Assembly: GCA_041937175.2 (NCBI GenBank)
Contig: CP166615.1
Span: 4,192,001 to 4,256,000, forward strand
Origin: Limnothrix sp. BL-A-16
GTDB lineage: Bacteria > Cyanobacteriota > Cyanobacteriia > CACIAM-69d
Reading direction: 5' to 3'
Length of the DNA: 64,000 nt
Positions 31,290 through 42,382 of the stretch are shown here, piece after piece. The position numbers were made by a program, and so were the translations under genes. Every line of letters starts with the position of its first letter. The first letter of the stretch is position 1. The notes beneath the pieces are model-generated. The model was not told the DNA's origin. It saw only the letters and a program-made list of their open reading frames with translations, and did no database searches.

Positions 31290-31796
31290 CTAGAATAGGG
31301 TGATTTTGGGGTTTTCATCGATGCGAACGGTGAGCGATCGCTCGATTTGCCCCCGGTACTGGAGTTTCGAGATCCCATCCTCAGGATGAGTGACCGATCG
31401 CGCACGGATAGTCAACGAGGGCTGCCCCCCCACTCGTCCGGGGGAGTAGAGGTCGATCGCCGCTTGCTTGAGGGTGGCCACCAACGCCTCCGCTGATAAA
31501 TCTGGCGAAACGGCGATCGTGGCGAGGGTTGCCCCCGTGTCATAAACCAGGTGGTAGGCGGCAGCTCCCTCAATGCGCGGCCGTTCCCGGAGGCTGAGGC
31601 CAAAACCAAACAGCCCCGCTGCCACCACGATCGTGAACGCGGTGACTCCCACCAGTCGAAACCGCCAGGCCCAGCCCAGCACAAACGCCAAAATCGTCAA
31701 CAACAAAAACAGACCATCGGCCGCCAAAGTCCACTTGGCCCCCTCGATCGCCAGTTCCGTCAGCCCTTTGCCATCCAGAAGTTGACTGAAATCCAT
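31290..31796 (-). CDS. ycf51: Ycf51 family protein
   Basis: WAWRFRLVGVTAF, VYDTG, ATLKQAAIDLYSPGR, IRAR. Confidence 0.85.
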   Translation of the reverse strand: MDFSQLLDGKGLTELAIEGAKWTLAADGLFLLLTILAFVLGWAWRFRLVGVTAFTIVVAAGLFGFGLSLRERPRIEGAAAYHLVYDTGATLATIAVSPDLSAEALVATLKQAAIDLYSPGRVGGQPSLTIRARSVTHPEDGISKLQYRGQIERSLTVRIDENPKITLF

Positions 31797-31917
31797 CGTT
31801 TGAATTCTCCTTACCTGTGCTGTTTTTGTAGACTGGCTGTTTTTTTAGAAATTGATCTTTGATTGTTGATCTTTGATTGTTGATCTTTTTGATCTTTGAG
31901 CGGTGTTTTGGCTATTA

Positions 31918-32050
31918 CGAGAGTGCCTGAGAAGTAGCCTGAGGGGCTAACCAAGCGCCAACAGTTGTGGGGGCAAGGAGCTTCAGCCCCTTGTCTGGGC
32001 CGGTTGATGAAACCCACAAAGCAGTAGTTTTGGCTTTTCAGACATCCTCT
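31918..32050. mobile_element. degenerate MITE-like element with the same palindromic core
   Basis: Core caaggagcttcagccccttg; imperfect termini cgagagtgcctgagaagt / gcttttcagacatcctct (12/18 match). Confidence 0.45.
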
Positions 32051-32250
32051 GATGGGATCTTTGAAAAGTTGGGAATACCCAAAAAAAGGGGTGGCTCACT
32101 GTCCACCCCTCAGACTCTATCGGTTTTGCTTCCATCGATGCAAGCGCACCACATGAGCGCAGCCGAATCAGCGCAACCGATTAGCTCCTCTGCATCCTGG
32201 CGATCGGGAACCGCTCTGCGATTTGGCCCCAATCCCTAATGACTGAGTTT

Positions 32251-34437
32251 TTAATCATCATCATCGTCATCGCCCTTGCCGAAGCGCTTGCCAATGCCGG
32301 GGGGCAGGGTGTCAAACGTCCGCTTGCCACCAACGATCTGTTTCGCCAATCCGGGCGGCAGGCCCAACAAACCACCACCCAAGTTGATGTTGGTGATGTT
32401 GGTGATGTTCGTAATATTGGTGATGTTCGTCACGTTGGTAGTGGAACCGCTGAGGCTACCACCCGTAGTGCCGCCGCCCGTGGTGCCGCCTGTGCTGCTG
32501 CCGCCGCCTGTGCTGCCGCCCGTGTTGGTGTTCGGCAGGCCAAAGATGCGGAAGTTGCTGGCAACCAATTCTGCTTCGGAGTAGATCTTCAGCGAGAAGC
32601 CCGAGGAAACCTTGACGATCGAGAAGAAGTTGCCGTCTTCGTCGCGGCCCTTTTGGGTCACGGCTTTCAGCACATCGCCACCGGACTTGAAGCCCAAGTT
32701 CGCCGCCAGGGCAATTCGATCGTCCTTCGTTGAGAAGTCATAAATCGTCGCTTCGCCGGTCAAGGGGTCGATCGAGCTGCTGCCCGTCGTGGAACCGGTT
32801 GTGCCCGTGCCCGTTGTACCCGTGCCCGTCGTACCGGTTGTACCTGTGCCAGTTGTACCTGTGCCCGTCGTACCGGTGGTGGTTCCGAGCGTAGTCCCCG
32901 TGGTGGAAGTCGAACCCGTCGTGCTGCCCGTGGTCGATCCGCTCGTGCCGCCCGTTAACGAATCGGAACCCGTAGTGGCCGTCACATCCAACTTGCCAAA
33001 CAGGAACACATCCTTACCAGCGCCACCCCACAGGGCATCCTTACCGTAGCCACCCTCGATCGAGTCGTCACCTTCGCCACCCAGGATCGAATCATCGCCC
33101 TGATCGCCCACCAGGATATCTTTGCCAGCACCACCGACAATAAAGTCATTGCCATCGCCGCCAAAGATCAGGTCATCCCCAGCATTTCCCGTCAGGATGT
33201 CATCGCCACCGAAGCCAAAGATCTTGTCATCGCCACCCAGGCCATTGAACACATCTTTGTTGGAACCACCCCGGAAAAAGTCATCTCCCTGGCTCGGCCG
33301 GTCAGACAAGGGCGAATTCGTGAAATCCGCGTCCCGTTTTTCTTTGATGCCGAATTCCAGGAAGTGCTTAAACAGGTTCTTGACCTGTCCGCCCTTGAAG
33401 GCCTTGGAGAGGTCTTCGTTGAAGTCTAGGTAAAGATCTTGGTTGAACTTGGGTGAAGGGCTGAGACCCTTAGCAAAACCAACCGCTTGGAAGTGGGCAA
33501 AGGCGCTGCTGAATTGGCCGCTGGCGACCGCCGCTGCGGCATCCGGATTAGCTTCCAGATAGTACTTACCATCAAAGAATGTGCCGCTGTTGCGTCCTTC
33601 CTTGACCCCAACAGTCAAGAAGTGCTTGTAGCTGTAGGAAAACGACAGATTGTTGAACAGAATGAACCCGTCAACATCACCGTTGGTCTTCAGATACTCA
33701 TTGGGGTTGAAGAAGTAGCTGCCCACCCGCCGTTCTTGAACACCGGCTTTGATGAAGTGTTCAAAGGCGCTGCGGAAACCGCTGGCTTTCAGCGAAATCT
33801 TCAGGTCAACGTTTAACTCCAAATATGCCTTTGGATCGAAGACCAACGAAGGGGCCCGATCTTCAAACTGCCCAACCGTTAGAAAGTGCTGATAGGCGCT
33901 CTTGATGGAGCCACTTTGCACAGCAGCGACCACATCCGGATTTTGATCCAGATAGAACTTTTCGTCGAAGCAAAGGGACGGGTCGATCGCGGCTCCCGTT
34001 GTGGTTCCGGTGGGGTCGGGGGTTGTACCGGTGGTTCCCGTCGTGCCCGTGGTTCCAGTTGTACCGGTGGTTCCCGTCGTACCGGTGGTTCCCGTCGTAC
34101 CTGTAGTTGTACCGGTTGTGCCCGTGGTTCCCGTTGTACCCGTAGTTGTACCGGTGGTTCCGGTCGTACCGGTTGTTCCCGTGGTCGTACCGGTTGTTCC
34201 GGTTGTACCGGTTGTTCCGGTTGTACCCGTAGTTGTACCGGTTGTTCCCGTGGTTCCCGTGGTTCCGGTCGTGCCCGTGGTTCCCGTGGTGGTTCCAGTC
34301 GTACCGGTCGTGCCCGTGGTTCCCGTGGTCGTACCGGTGGTTCCGGTAGTTCCGGTCGTGCCCGTGGTTCCGGATGTGGTGGTTGGGGTGGTGGAGGTTG
34401 GAATAACTACAGTGTCCGTGGTGGGTGTTGTAGCCAT
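32251..34437 (-). CDS. RTX-type Ca-binding surface protein with Thr/Gly repeats
   Basis: (TTG)n tract, five F(D/N)xxxYLxxNxD repeats, GGxGxDx(I/L) nonapeptides, C-terminal LPPGLAK motif. Confidence 0.88.
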   Translation of the reverse strand: MATTPTTDTVVIPTSTTPTTTSGTTGTTGTTGTTGTTTGTTGTTGTTGTTTGTTGTTGTTGTTGTTGTTTGTTGTTGTTGTTGTTTGTTGTTGTTGTTTGTTGTTGTTGTTTGTTGTTGTTGTTGTTGTTGTTGTTGTTPDPTGTTTGAAIDPSLCFDEKFYLDQNPDVVAAVQSGSIKSAYQHFLTVGQFEDRAPSLVFDPKAYLELNVDLKISLKASGFRSAFEHFIKAGVQERRVGSYFFNPNEYLKTNGDVDGFILFNNLSFSYSYKHFLTVGVKEGRNSGTFFDGKYYLEANPDAAAAVASGQFSSAFAHFQAVGFAKGLSPSPKFNQDLYLDFNEDLSKAFKGGQVKNLFKHFLEFGIKEKRDADFTNSPLSDRPSQGDDFFRGGSNKDVFNGLGGDDKIFGFGGDDILTGNAGDDLIFGGDGNDFIVGGAGKDILVGDQGDDSILGGEGDDSIEGGYGKDALWGGAGKDVFLFGKLDVTATTGSDSLTGGTSGSTTGSTTGSTSTTGTTLGTTTGTTGTGTTGTGTTGTTGTGTTGTGTTGSTTGSSSIDPLTGEATIYDFSTKDDRIALAANLGFKSGGDVLKAVTQKGRDEDGNFFSIVKVSSGFSLKIYSEAELVASNFRIFGLPNTNTGGSTGGGSSTGGTTGGGTTGGSLSGSTTNVTNITNITNITNITNINLGGGLLGLPPGLAKQIVGGKRTFDTLPPGIGKRFGKGDDDDDD

Positions 34438-35139
34438 GGTTTTTGATGTCCTCAGATATTGCTGATTAAGTCCCTAGATCTCGACTGGATGAGACAGATG
34501 AACGGGCTTGTTCACCTGCCATTTCGATCGCAGTCCATGGGCTGGGCAATCGTATTTCGAGCGATCGGGAAACAATGATTTGCTGATGGTGCGTTATTTC
34601 ACAGCCCACAGCCTGCATCGAAATAATTGCGATACACCCAAGTGCTTAGGATTGAAATTTCCTATAGCCGATCAATTCAGTCCAGTTACTGAGTCGATCG
34701 GTTTGCTGTTACGAGCTTTTGGCATCTCTGCCTTGTCAGACGAAGGGTTCCCAAATTGGTTCCCGTTCAATTTCTAAAATTCTGGATATTTTTTTGCATG
34801 GGACTGTGACCATAATTTTTTTGAATTACTGTGAAATGCATGATAGTTCCCGCAAAAAGTTGGGTAACCTGAGGAAATTTGCAAGATTATTTTTAGCGGG
34901 ATTTTTTAAGATCGCAACCACAAGACTGTGCTGCAAGAGAGCGATTCAAGCCTGACAATAACTCCCAACTTCTACAGGATGATTGACTGCAAGATCGGAC
35001 GCTTATGCCAGGTTGAAAACCGGCTAATGGCCCCGTGACTGTTGACCCCAATTTGCTGATCCCCATCTTTGCCCAAGCTGATGTTCTGAAGGGATGTTTG
35101 GGGTAGGGTGGAATGGGCAGTTAACCGGATGAGCCGGGC

Positions 35140-35550
35140 TTGTGGAGTTGCGCTGTGGATCGGTTGGACTATCGCGGAGCGCTGGTGGTTTTAGCGGATG
35201 GGATGGGAGGCCAGTTGGGCGCGTTTTACCGATCGCTCCTGGGAGATCCGGTGCGATCGATCGGTTCGGGCTATTGGGAATTTGGGCTAACGGGCGGTCT
35301 ACGCTTAGGAATTTTTCGGCCCCAACCCGACCAGATGGAACGCTTTCAGGGCGCAACGGGGGGCTTTTGTCTCTGCTTGGAAGTGATGGATTTGGATCAA
35401 GCGATCGCCCTGGTGAGCGATCGGGGGGCCACCTTGGCGGGGTCAGTGCGCATTGCGAGCCACGGCCGGGAAATTGACGTGATCGACCCGGCGGGCAACC
35501 GTCTGATTCTGTATGAGCCGCAGGAGCCACGTAAGTTGGCCAATTCGTAG
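35140..35550 (+). CDS. VOC/glyoxalase family protein (start uncertain)
   Basis: FYRSLLG, LRLGIFRP, LCLEVMDL, SHGRE...DPAGNRLIL. Confidence 0.85.
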   Translation: MWSCAVDRLDYRGALVVLADGMGGQLGAFYRSLLGDPVRSIGSGYWEFGLTGGLRLGIFRPQPDQMERFQGATGGFCLCLEVMDLDQAIALVSDRGATLAGSVRIASHGREIDVIDPAGNRLILYEPQEPRKLANS

Positions 35551-35560
35551 ATTGAGGGGA

Positions 35561-36490
35561 CTAATGAGCTGATCCCTGCGCCGCTAAAACCTGCTCGATC
35601 GCCCGAGCAGCCCCATCCTCCGCCACCGACGGTGCAACCCATTGGGCGATCGCCTTAACCGGTTCCGGTGCATCCCCCATGGCCACCCCCAAGCCGGCAT
35701 AGGCGATCGCTTCCAAATCATTGAAGTTATCGCCCACAAACATCACCTGCTCCGGCCGTAAACCCAACTGTTGCTCCGCCAAATGCCGTACCGCATTGCC
35801 TTTGTTCACGTCCGGGTGCGCCACTTCCAAAAAGGTGGACACAGACGTGGTGAGGTAAGCTTCCTGGGCACAGTAGCGCTGGCGTAGTTTTTCCAAAAGA
35901 TCGCGGGTTAACTGGCGATCGGGACTGAGGGCCAACACCTTGGTGGGGTCAGGGCCTTGATCCAGCACCTGCCGAAAATCTCCCACCTCGATCGGGGTCA
36001 CACCCGTGCGATCGGCATAGTCTTGGCTGGCCGGTGTCAGTTGGCGAATCAGCAAGCGATCGTTCACATACAAATGCACCGACAGGCGATCGCCCCAGGC
36101 CGGCTCCTCCAAAAAGTCAACCACCTCCCGTGCCAAAGTCCGATCCAGCGGACGGTGAAACAGCGGTTTGGACTTGAGGCGATCGGCTGGTTGGCTGTGG
36201 TCTGGTTGATCCATCCAAGCCCCCTGATAGGCAATCAGCGGTAGGGGGGTTTGAATCTCCCGATGAAACCGTACCGCCGAACAGTACATGCGCCCTGTGG
36301 CAATGGTGACAGCCAAACCCCGGGACTGAGCCGCTTGGATCGCGGCCAAAACCGGGGGATTAATTTGATTATTTCGACCCGCGATTGTGCCGTCAATATC
36401 CAACACAATCAACCGAATTGCACGGGCCAAATGATGGGGAAATGGCTGCTGTTCGCCACTGCCCGATTGCCAAGCTTCTGTAAACACCAT
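35561..36490 (-). CDS. Cof-type HAD-IIB hydrolase
   Basis: LDIDGT, ATGR, NKGNA, GDNFND, GVAMGDA. Confidence 0.93.
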   Translation of the reverse strand: MVFTEAWQSGSGEQQPFPHHLARAIRLIVLDIDGTIAGRNNQINPPVLAAIQAAQSRGLAVTIATGRMYCSAVRFHREIQTPLPLIAYQGAWMDQPDHSQPADRLKSKPLFHRPLDRTLAREVVDFLEEPAWGDRLSVHLYVNDRLLIRQLTPASQDYADRTGVTPIEVGDFRQVLDQGPDPTKVLALSPDRQLTRDLLEKLRQRYCAQEAYLTTSVSTFLEVAHPDVNKGNAVRHLAEQQLGLRPEQVMFVGDNFNDLEAIAYAGLGVAMGDAPEPVKAIAQWVAPSVAEDGAARAIEQVLAAQGSAH

Positions 36491-36782
36491 CGGAAGGCCC
36501 CTCGCCCTGAAGTCACGGCTTGAACGCTCCAAAGTCTAACCCTCTCCCCAGGGCCAAACCTAGCCAAGAACGGTCTCTGGCAGGGGGAGAGCGATCGAAA
36601 CTATGGAGCATTCAGCGACGACGCGCAGCCGTGAGACTAGGCCGCAATGGCGAATCGGGAATACATCAATGGTGAGTCTGCGAGTCCAAACAGTGGATTT
36701 GCCAAAAACCTAAACTTGGGTCGCCGCGCCACTCGCAACCATCCAAAGCCTTCGCTAAAGTGGTTGGTCGCGAAAATGGCCA

Positions 36783-37034
36783 CTATTGCGGATTGGATCC
36801 AAAAGGTTCTTGGCCAACGCCAAGGTTTTCATAACTCCCTTCCAGGGAAGCCCACAGGGATTGCAGTTCATGAAAAGCTGCCTCGGGTGAGAGCTTGCCG
36901 TTGGTCTCCAAGTTGCAAATGAAGCCAACTCGTTGGGCAAACTCTTGGAGGTTCGCGTTAAAGACCAAATTCTCGGGGCGAACTACGCCGCGATAGGTGG
37001 AGCAAGGAGCGATAAAGGTCGCATGGTCTTTCAT
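36783..37034 (-). CDS. conserved small cyanobacterial hypothetical protein
   Basis: YRG...PENLVFNANLQEFAQRV..ICNLETNGKLSP; GGAGG ribosome-binding site upstream. Confidence 0.8.
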   Translation of the reverse strand: MKDHATFIAPCSTYRGVVRPENLVFNANLQEFAQRVGFICNLETNGKLSPEAAFHELQSLWASLEGSYENLGVGQEPFGSNPQ

Positions 37035-37892
37035 GGGATAACCTCCAGGTCATACACGATTTGTGAATGGACGAAGAGGCGATCGCGAGCTTCCGGAAGA
37101 TGTTAGAGCAGAGGGTTAAGGTCTGATTGCACCTGGTTGGAGGATAACGCTTGGCGATCGCGGTAACGGCGTGAGTTGGGCGCGAACGAAGCTTTCTTAA
37201 GGGCTTCTTAACCTAAGTTTAACCTAGTTTTGGAATTTTGGGCCTGAATTTGGAAAATTTGTCAAGCACCTGACCTGGACTGGGTTGAGGTTTTGCACCC
37301 GATCGAGCAATCAATCCCTGAAAGGGAGATTAAGGAACTGATCGGAAAAAGATCCGATCGCTGGAGGAATTGATTAGTTTCAGCATCCCTGAAATTACGG
37401 AGAAACACTGCGATCGCGATCGTCCCCCAGCCCGATCGACATCATCACGTCCCCCTTAGGATTTTGGTTTTGCACTCTGGGCTGTGCGCCCTTAGGCTTT
37501 TCTCCCCTCACTCCAGTCAATCAGGATCGTTCAAGACCTGATTCACCAACGCTTCAAGCGGCGTTTCCGTTAGGGTTTCAGGGCACGAAAAGCCGAGAAC
37601 AATTAACCATCATGGAGGAAACCGTGGCTTTTCGATGGGCCTTGGCCCAGTTCCTTAAGGATTCGAGACGATTCGTCAAAAAGATTAGAAAGCTCGGGAA
37701 TGATTCTGATTATTTCGGTTAGCCGTGAACCATCACGGAGAGCCTTACGGGCCGTGGCGCTCCACTGAACTCAGCTCCCCGTTTGCCCTCCAAGGCTGTC
37801 CCATGGTCAATTAATCGCCGCCGAAACCCAACGATTGATGGCGACAGTATTTACAATTAGTAACTAAGTAACTGGTTCAGGCAACGTTCGCC

Positions 37893-39914
37893 ATGACTTC
37901 AGCGATGACTCCTGTGTTTGATGCGACGGATCCCAAACGGGCCACGATCGAGGCACGGGCAGTAGCAGAGGATGTTTCCGCGCCGGTGTCGCCAAATCAG
38001 GGCCCCACCGACGACGAAGACATCGAGACCTATCGATCGCCCCACTACGACCCAGACGCGATCGACGCGGCCTATCGAGGACGCTGGTGGGCCGTGCTGC
38101 AACGGACGATCGCCGTTTTGTGGCCCTGCTTCACGTTTGCCTTTGCAATTTGGCGCGATCGCCAGAGCAACCAAGTCAAGCGTAACGAAGCCCGCCGCGC
38201 CCGCCAGTTACGAGAATTGCTGACCCAGTTGGGGCCCGCCTTCATCAAAGTGGGGCAAGCCCTTTCCACCCGGCCCGACCTCGTGCCGCCGGTTTATTTG
38301 GAAGAGCTGACCCAACTGCAAGATCAATTGCCGGCTTTTCCGAATGAAATCGCCTACCGGTTTATTGAGGAAGAATTGGGCGATCGCCCCGAAAATTGCT
38401 TTGCTGAACTCAGCGAAAAACCCGTCGCCGCCGCCAGTTTGGGGCAGGTCTATCGCGGCAAATTAAAAACCGGGGAAGCCGTTGCCGTCAAAGTGCAACG
38501 GCCCGGACTCACAGAGCAAATTACGCTCGACGTTTACATCATGCGTGGCCTGGCCAAATGGGCCATGAAAAACGTCAAGCGACTGCGAAGCAACTTAGTC
38601 GCCATTACCGATGAATTTGCGGCCCGCATCTTTGAGGAAATGGACTATTCCCAAGAAGGACGCAACGCAGAGCACTTTGCCAAACTCTACGGCTCCATGC
38701 CGGAAATTTATGTGCCCAAAATCTATTGGCAATACACCGGCAAGCGGGTGTTAACCATGGAGTGGATTTCGGGGACAAAGCTCACCAATTTGAAAGAAGT
38801 GGCCGCACAAGGCATTGATGCCACCCACTTGGTGGATGTGGGGGTGCAGTGTTCCCTGCGGCAATTGCTGGAACATGGCTTTTTCCATGCGGATCCCCAC
38901 CCGGGCAACCTGTTGGCCATGCCCAACGGTCAATTGGCTTATCTCGATTTTGGGATGATGAGCCGAGTTAAAAAATATCAGCGCTACGGGCTAATTGAAG
39001 CGGTGGTTCACATGGTGAATCGCGATTTTGCTCGATTGGCGGAAGACTACGTGAAGCTGGAATTTTTGACTCCTGACACCAATTTGGAGCCAATTTCCCA
39101 AGCCCTATCCGGTGTGTTTAGCAATGCGTTGGGATCCAGTGTTTCGGAGTTGAATTTCAAAAACATCACCGATCAACTGTCAGGGGTGATGTATGAGTAC
39201 CCGTTTCGGGTTCCGGCTTACTATGCTCTGATTATTCGATCGCTGGTGACCCTCGAAGGGATTGCGATCAATGTGGATCCGGAATTCAAAGTGCTTAGCA
39301 AAGCCTATCCTTACATTGCCAAGCGATTGCTGACAGATCCGGCTCCAGAACTGCGGGCTTCGTTGCAAGATTTGCTGTTCCGGGAAGGCGATTTTCGTTG
39401 GAATCGGTTAGAAAATCTGTTGCGCAATGCCAAGGACAGTGCTGATTATGATCTCAATGAAGGGATCGATCGGGCGGCGGAGTTTTTGTTTTCGGAACGT
39501 GGGGAATTTATCCGCCAACAGGTCGCCAATCGGTTGGTGGAGGCGATCGATGCAGCGGGCCAAAGTGCTTGGCGATCGCTCCTGGACAATTGGGGCAAGT
39601 TCCTGAACCGCAACCCAGGCAGTCCAGTAAGTTCCCAAGTGGGAACCAACTCCAGCAACCCGCGCGAAACCTTGGAGCGGTTGCAACGTATTTGGCAGTT
39701 GCTTCAGGAAACGCCGGGGTTTGATTCGATGAAGCTGTTGCAGTTGGCGGCGCGGATCCTGGTGCGGCCGGAAACCCAGCAGTTGGGCCAACAGATCGCT
39801 GGAGAGTTAGCCCAACGCGCGATCGCCCGGTTGATTCGAGAGGTGTTGGTGGCGCGATCGCCCCAGCCGATGACCGATTCCAAGGCGGCCGTCCCGATCG
39901 CGGCTTTGCGCTAG
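37893..39914 (+). CDS. ABC1/AarF/UbiB atypical kinase
   Basis: LGPAFIKVGQ, AAASLGQVY, VAVKVQRP, FHADPHPGN, DFG. Confidence 0.95.
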   Translation: MTSAMTPVFDATDPKRATIEARAVAEDVSAPVSPNQGPTDDEDIETYRSPHYDPDAIDAAYRGRWWAVLQRTIAVLWPCFTFAFAIWRDRQSNQVKRNEARRARQLRELLTQLGPAFIKVGQALSTRPDLVPPVYLEELTQLQDQLPAFPNEIAYRFIEEELGDRPENCFAELSEKPVAAASLGQVYRGKLKTGEAVAVKVQRPGLTEQITLDVYIMRGLAKWAMKNVKRLRSNLVAITDEFAARIFEEMDYSQEGRNAEHFAKLYGSMPEIYVPKIYWQYTGKRVLTMEWISGTKLTNLKEVAAQGIDATHLVDVGVQCSLRQLLEHGFFHADPHPGNLLAMPNGQLAYLDFGMMSRVKKYQRYGLIEAVVHMVNRDFARLAEDYVKLEFLTPDTNLEPISQALSGVFSNALGSSVSELNFKNITDQLSGVMYEYPFRVPAYYALIIRSLVTLEGIAINVDPEFKVLSKAYPYIAKRLLTDPAPELRASLQDLLFREGDFRWNRLENLLRNAKDSADYDLNEGIDRAAEFLFSERGEFIRQQVANRLVEAIDAAGQSAWRSLLDNWGKFLNRNPGSPVSSQVGTNSSNPRETLERLQRIWQLLQETPGFDSMKLLQLAARILVRPETQQLGQQIAGELAQRAIARLIREVLVARSPQPMTDSKAAVPIAALR

Positions 39915-39992
39915 GCCATCATCGGGAAGATTTGGATCCCTTGGGACTGGTGCTCAGGGTTGCTTGAGGGTTGCTTGAGGGTTACTTGAGGG

Positions 39993-40030
39993 GAAGGCGA
40001 TTGCTCGATCGGGCGATCGCCTTCTGTTTT
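39993..40030 (+). terminator. intrinsic terminator whose stem is made of HIP1-like words
   Basis: gaaggcgattgctc-gatc-gggcgatcgccttc followed by tgtttt. Confidence 0.65.
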
Positions 40031-40432
40031 CAGGATGCACCCTCGAGAGGGCCGGCAACTCAGCATGAGTTGGCTCAGAAAGTCTGGAGCATCACTACTG
40101 GATTTGTTTTATAACCCAATAACGATAGAAAGATAAAAGACCATCAGCGGTTAAATTAAGAAACGGTTGACTGGCCGATCGCCCCCATTTCGGGAACCCG
40201 ATCGCCCCAGCCCCAAAAACTGCACAATTAAATCAATTAACCGGATCCGATCCCAGATCGCTTGAGGTCGAATCGACTGAAATCGATCAGAAATCAACTG
40301 CAAGCACCTGTCATCACCCGTCATTGAGGCGATTGGATGCCATTCGTGCCCCCAGCGCAACCAGCACCATTCGTGGGCTGGCGTTTGCATTTGAAATTGT
40401 TTTGAGAAAACTGGAGAAAAGGAGATTAAGCC

Positions 40433-41926
40433 GTGGTGGTTGCTGCACCCATTGGGGTTCAAGGAACAACGGATCGATCGGCGGCGATCGATGTGTTGAT
40501 TGTCGGCGCGGGTTTAACGGGCTTGAGCGCTGCCCACCGCTTGGTTAATCACCCGGACAATCGGGGGCGATCGACCCTGGTGGTGGAAGCGCAAAACCGT
40601 GTGGGCGGCAATATCACCACCCGATCGGCCGATGGGTTCCTGTGGGAAGAGGGGCCCAACAGCTTCGCCCCCACGCCAGAGCTGCTGAAACTGGCCGTGG
40701 AAGTGGGTTTGCAGGATGAGCTGGTGTTTGCGGATGGCAAGCTGCCCCGATTTGTCTACTGGGACGGTCGGTTACAAGCCATTCCCATGAGTCCCGGCGC
40801 ATTTTGGAATTCCACCCTGCTGAGCGATCGGGGCAAAGCCAGACTGCTGTTAGGTGCGGCGGGTTTTGTGCCCCCGATCGTGGGCGCAGCCATCTCGGCA
40901 AGGGGCGGCGAAGAAACCGTCCGTGAATTCTTCACTCGCCACCTGGGCCAAGAAGCCATGGAGCGCCTTGTGGATCCCTTTATCTCGGGGGTCTATGCCG
41001 GCGATCCCGATGCCCTCAGTGCGTCGGCGGCCTTCCGCAAAATGGCCGCCATGCAAGCGGTCGGCGGTGGTTTAGGAGCCGGGGCCGCGCGCATTCTTTG
41101 GGCCAAGCGCCAAGCGGCCAAGCAAGCTCCCCCAGCCGATCCCCGCTTACCCAAGCCCAAGTCCGGGGAGTTGGGATCCTTCCGCGAGGGACTGCAAGCC
41201 TTGCCAGAAGCAGTGGCAAGCGGTTTGGGCGATCGGGTCAAGCTGGGCTGGCAGGTGGAGACGATCGCCCGCGATCCCCAAGGCAATTACCTGGTTGTGA
41301 TCGCCAGCCCCGATGGCCCCCAACAGATCACCGCTCGATCGATCATTCTGGCCACCCCGGCTCCGGTCACGGCTCAACTGCTCGAACCCCTCGCCCCCCG
41401 AGCCAGCACCGCCCTCAACGCCATTCCCTACCCCGCCGTTGCTTGCGTGATTTTGGCCTATCCCGAAACCGCCTTTGCCCAGTCCCTGCGCGGCTTTGGC
41501 AACCTGATTCCCCGCAGCCTGGGCCTGCAAACCCTAGGAACCATTTGGGCCTCCAGCCTATTTGCGGGACGCGCTCCCCAAGGTTGGGCCCACCTGATCA
41601 ACTTCATTGGCGGCGCACAAAATCCCACCCTGATCCACAAAACCGAAGCCGAAATCGCCCAGATGGTTCATGCGGACGTGCGGCGGATTTTGCTGAAACA
41701 GGACGTGGCTCCCAAGGTGCTGTCGGTCAAACTCTGGCGACGGGCGATCCCGCAATACACGATCGGGCATGGGGCCCGCCTGGCCACCCTGCACCAGGAA
41801 CTGCAACATTGGCCCGGCCTCTTTGCTTGCAGCAACTACGAAGGCGGCGTAGCGCTGGGCGATTGCGTGCGCCATGGTTGGGAACAGGCCGACGCGATCG
41901 AGCAATTCCTCGGCAGTCGGGTCTAG
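40433..41926 (+). CDS. hemY: FAD-dependent HemY-type protoporphyrinogen oxidase
   Basis: IVGAGLTGL, WEEGPNSF, PFISGVYAGDP, LGTIWASSLF, AIPQY. Confidence 0.92.
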   Translation: MVVAAPIGVQGTTDRSAAIDVLIVGAGLTGLSAAHRLVNHPDNRGRSTLVVEAQNRVGGNITTRSADGFLWEEGPNSFAPTPELLKLAVEVGLQDELVFADGKLPRFVYWDGRLQAIPMSPGAFWNSTLLSDRGKARLLLGAAGFVPPIVGAAISARGGEETVREFFTRHLGQEAMERLVDPFISGVYAGDPDALSASAAFRKMAAMQAVGGGLGAGAARILWAKRQAAKQAPPADPRLPKPKSGELGSFREGLQALPEAVASGLGDRVKLGWQVETIARDPQGNYLVVIASPDGPQQITARSIILATPAPVTAQLLEPLAPRASTALNAIPYPAVACVILAYPETAFAQSLRGFGNLIPRSLGLQTLGTIWASSLFAGRAPQGWAHLINFIGGAQNPTLIHKTEAEIAQMVHADVRRILLKQDVAPKVLSVKLWRRAIPQYTIGHGARLATLHQELQHWPGLFACSNYEGGVALGDCVRHGWEQADAIEQFLGSRV

Positions 41927-42382
41927 GCACTCAGTCCCCTTCCACCCGATCGGGGGTCTATTTTGGGATTGCGTTGAATTGCGTTCAACCATTTCCCAAA
42001 GGGCGCACAGTTCTCCTTTCGCTGCGCGCCCTTTGTCCTGAGACCTGTTTGTTGATGCCTATTTCAACGCCAGTTCGGGTTAAGCGGGCAGCTCAATCTC
42101 CAACGCAGCCAGATTTGGGGACGGTTTCTTGAGTAGACAATCAGCCGTTGATTAACCCACTTTGTCAATCATCAACATCAAAGAATTCTTGGCGTTGTGG
42201 TGGGTCTTGGCCAAAAACTGTAAGCCATAGTCCCGCCACTGCTGGCTTAACCACCCCGCCTTTCTTCTGCTTCCCTGATCCCGAACTGACGTAATGTTAA
42301 GTCTGGTGGGGGCTGGAGCCAGATTCCAGAATTGGCGGTGTATGCTGCCTTTATTCGCAAAATCGTTAGCTAACTTGGTGCA

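Noticed and set aside
34001..34465. Val/Pro-rich ORF on the plus strand
   Set aside because: Antisense shadow of the Thr/Gly repeat
34668..34701. Hairpin upstream of the RTX gene, considered as a c-di-GMP riboswitch
   Set aside because: Lacks the conserved GEMM motifs
41098..42132. 344-aa same-strand ORF overlapping hemY
   Set aside because: Arg/Pro/Gly-rich off-frame translation with no recognisable domain
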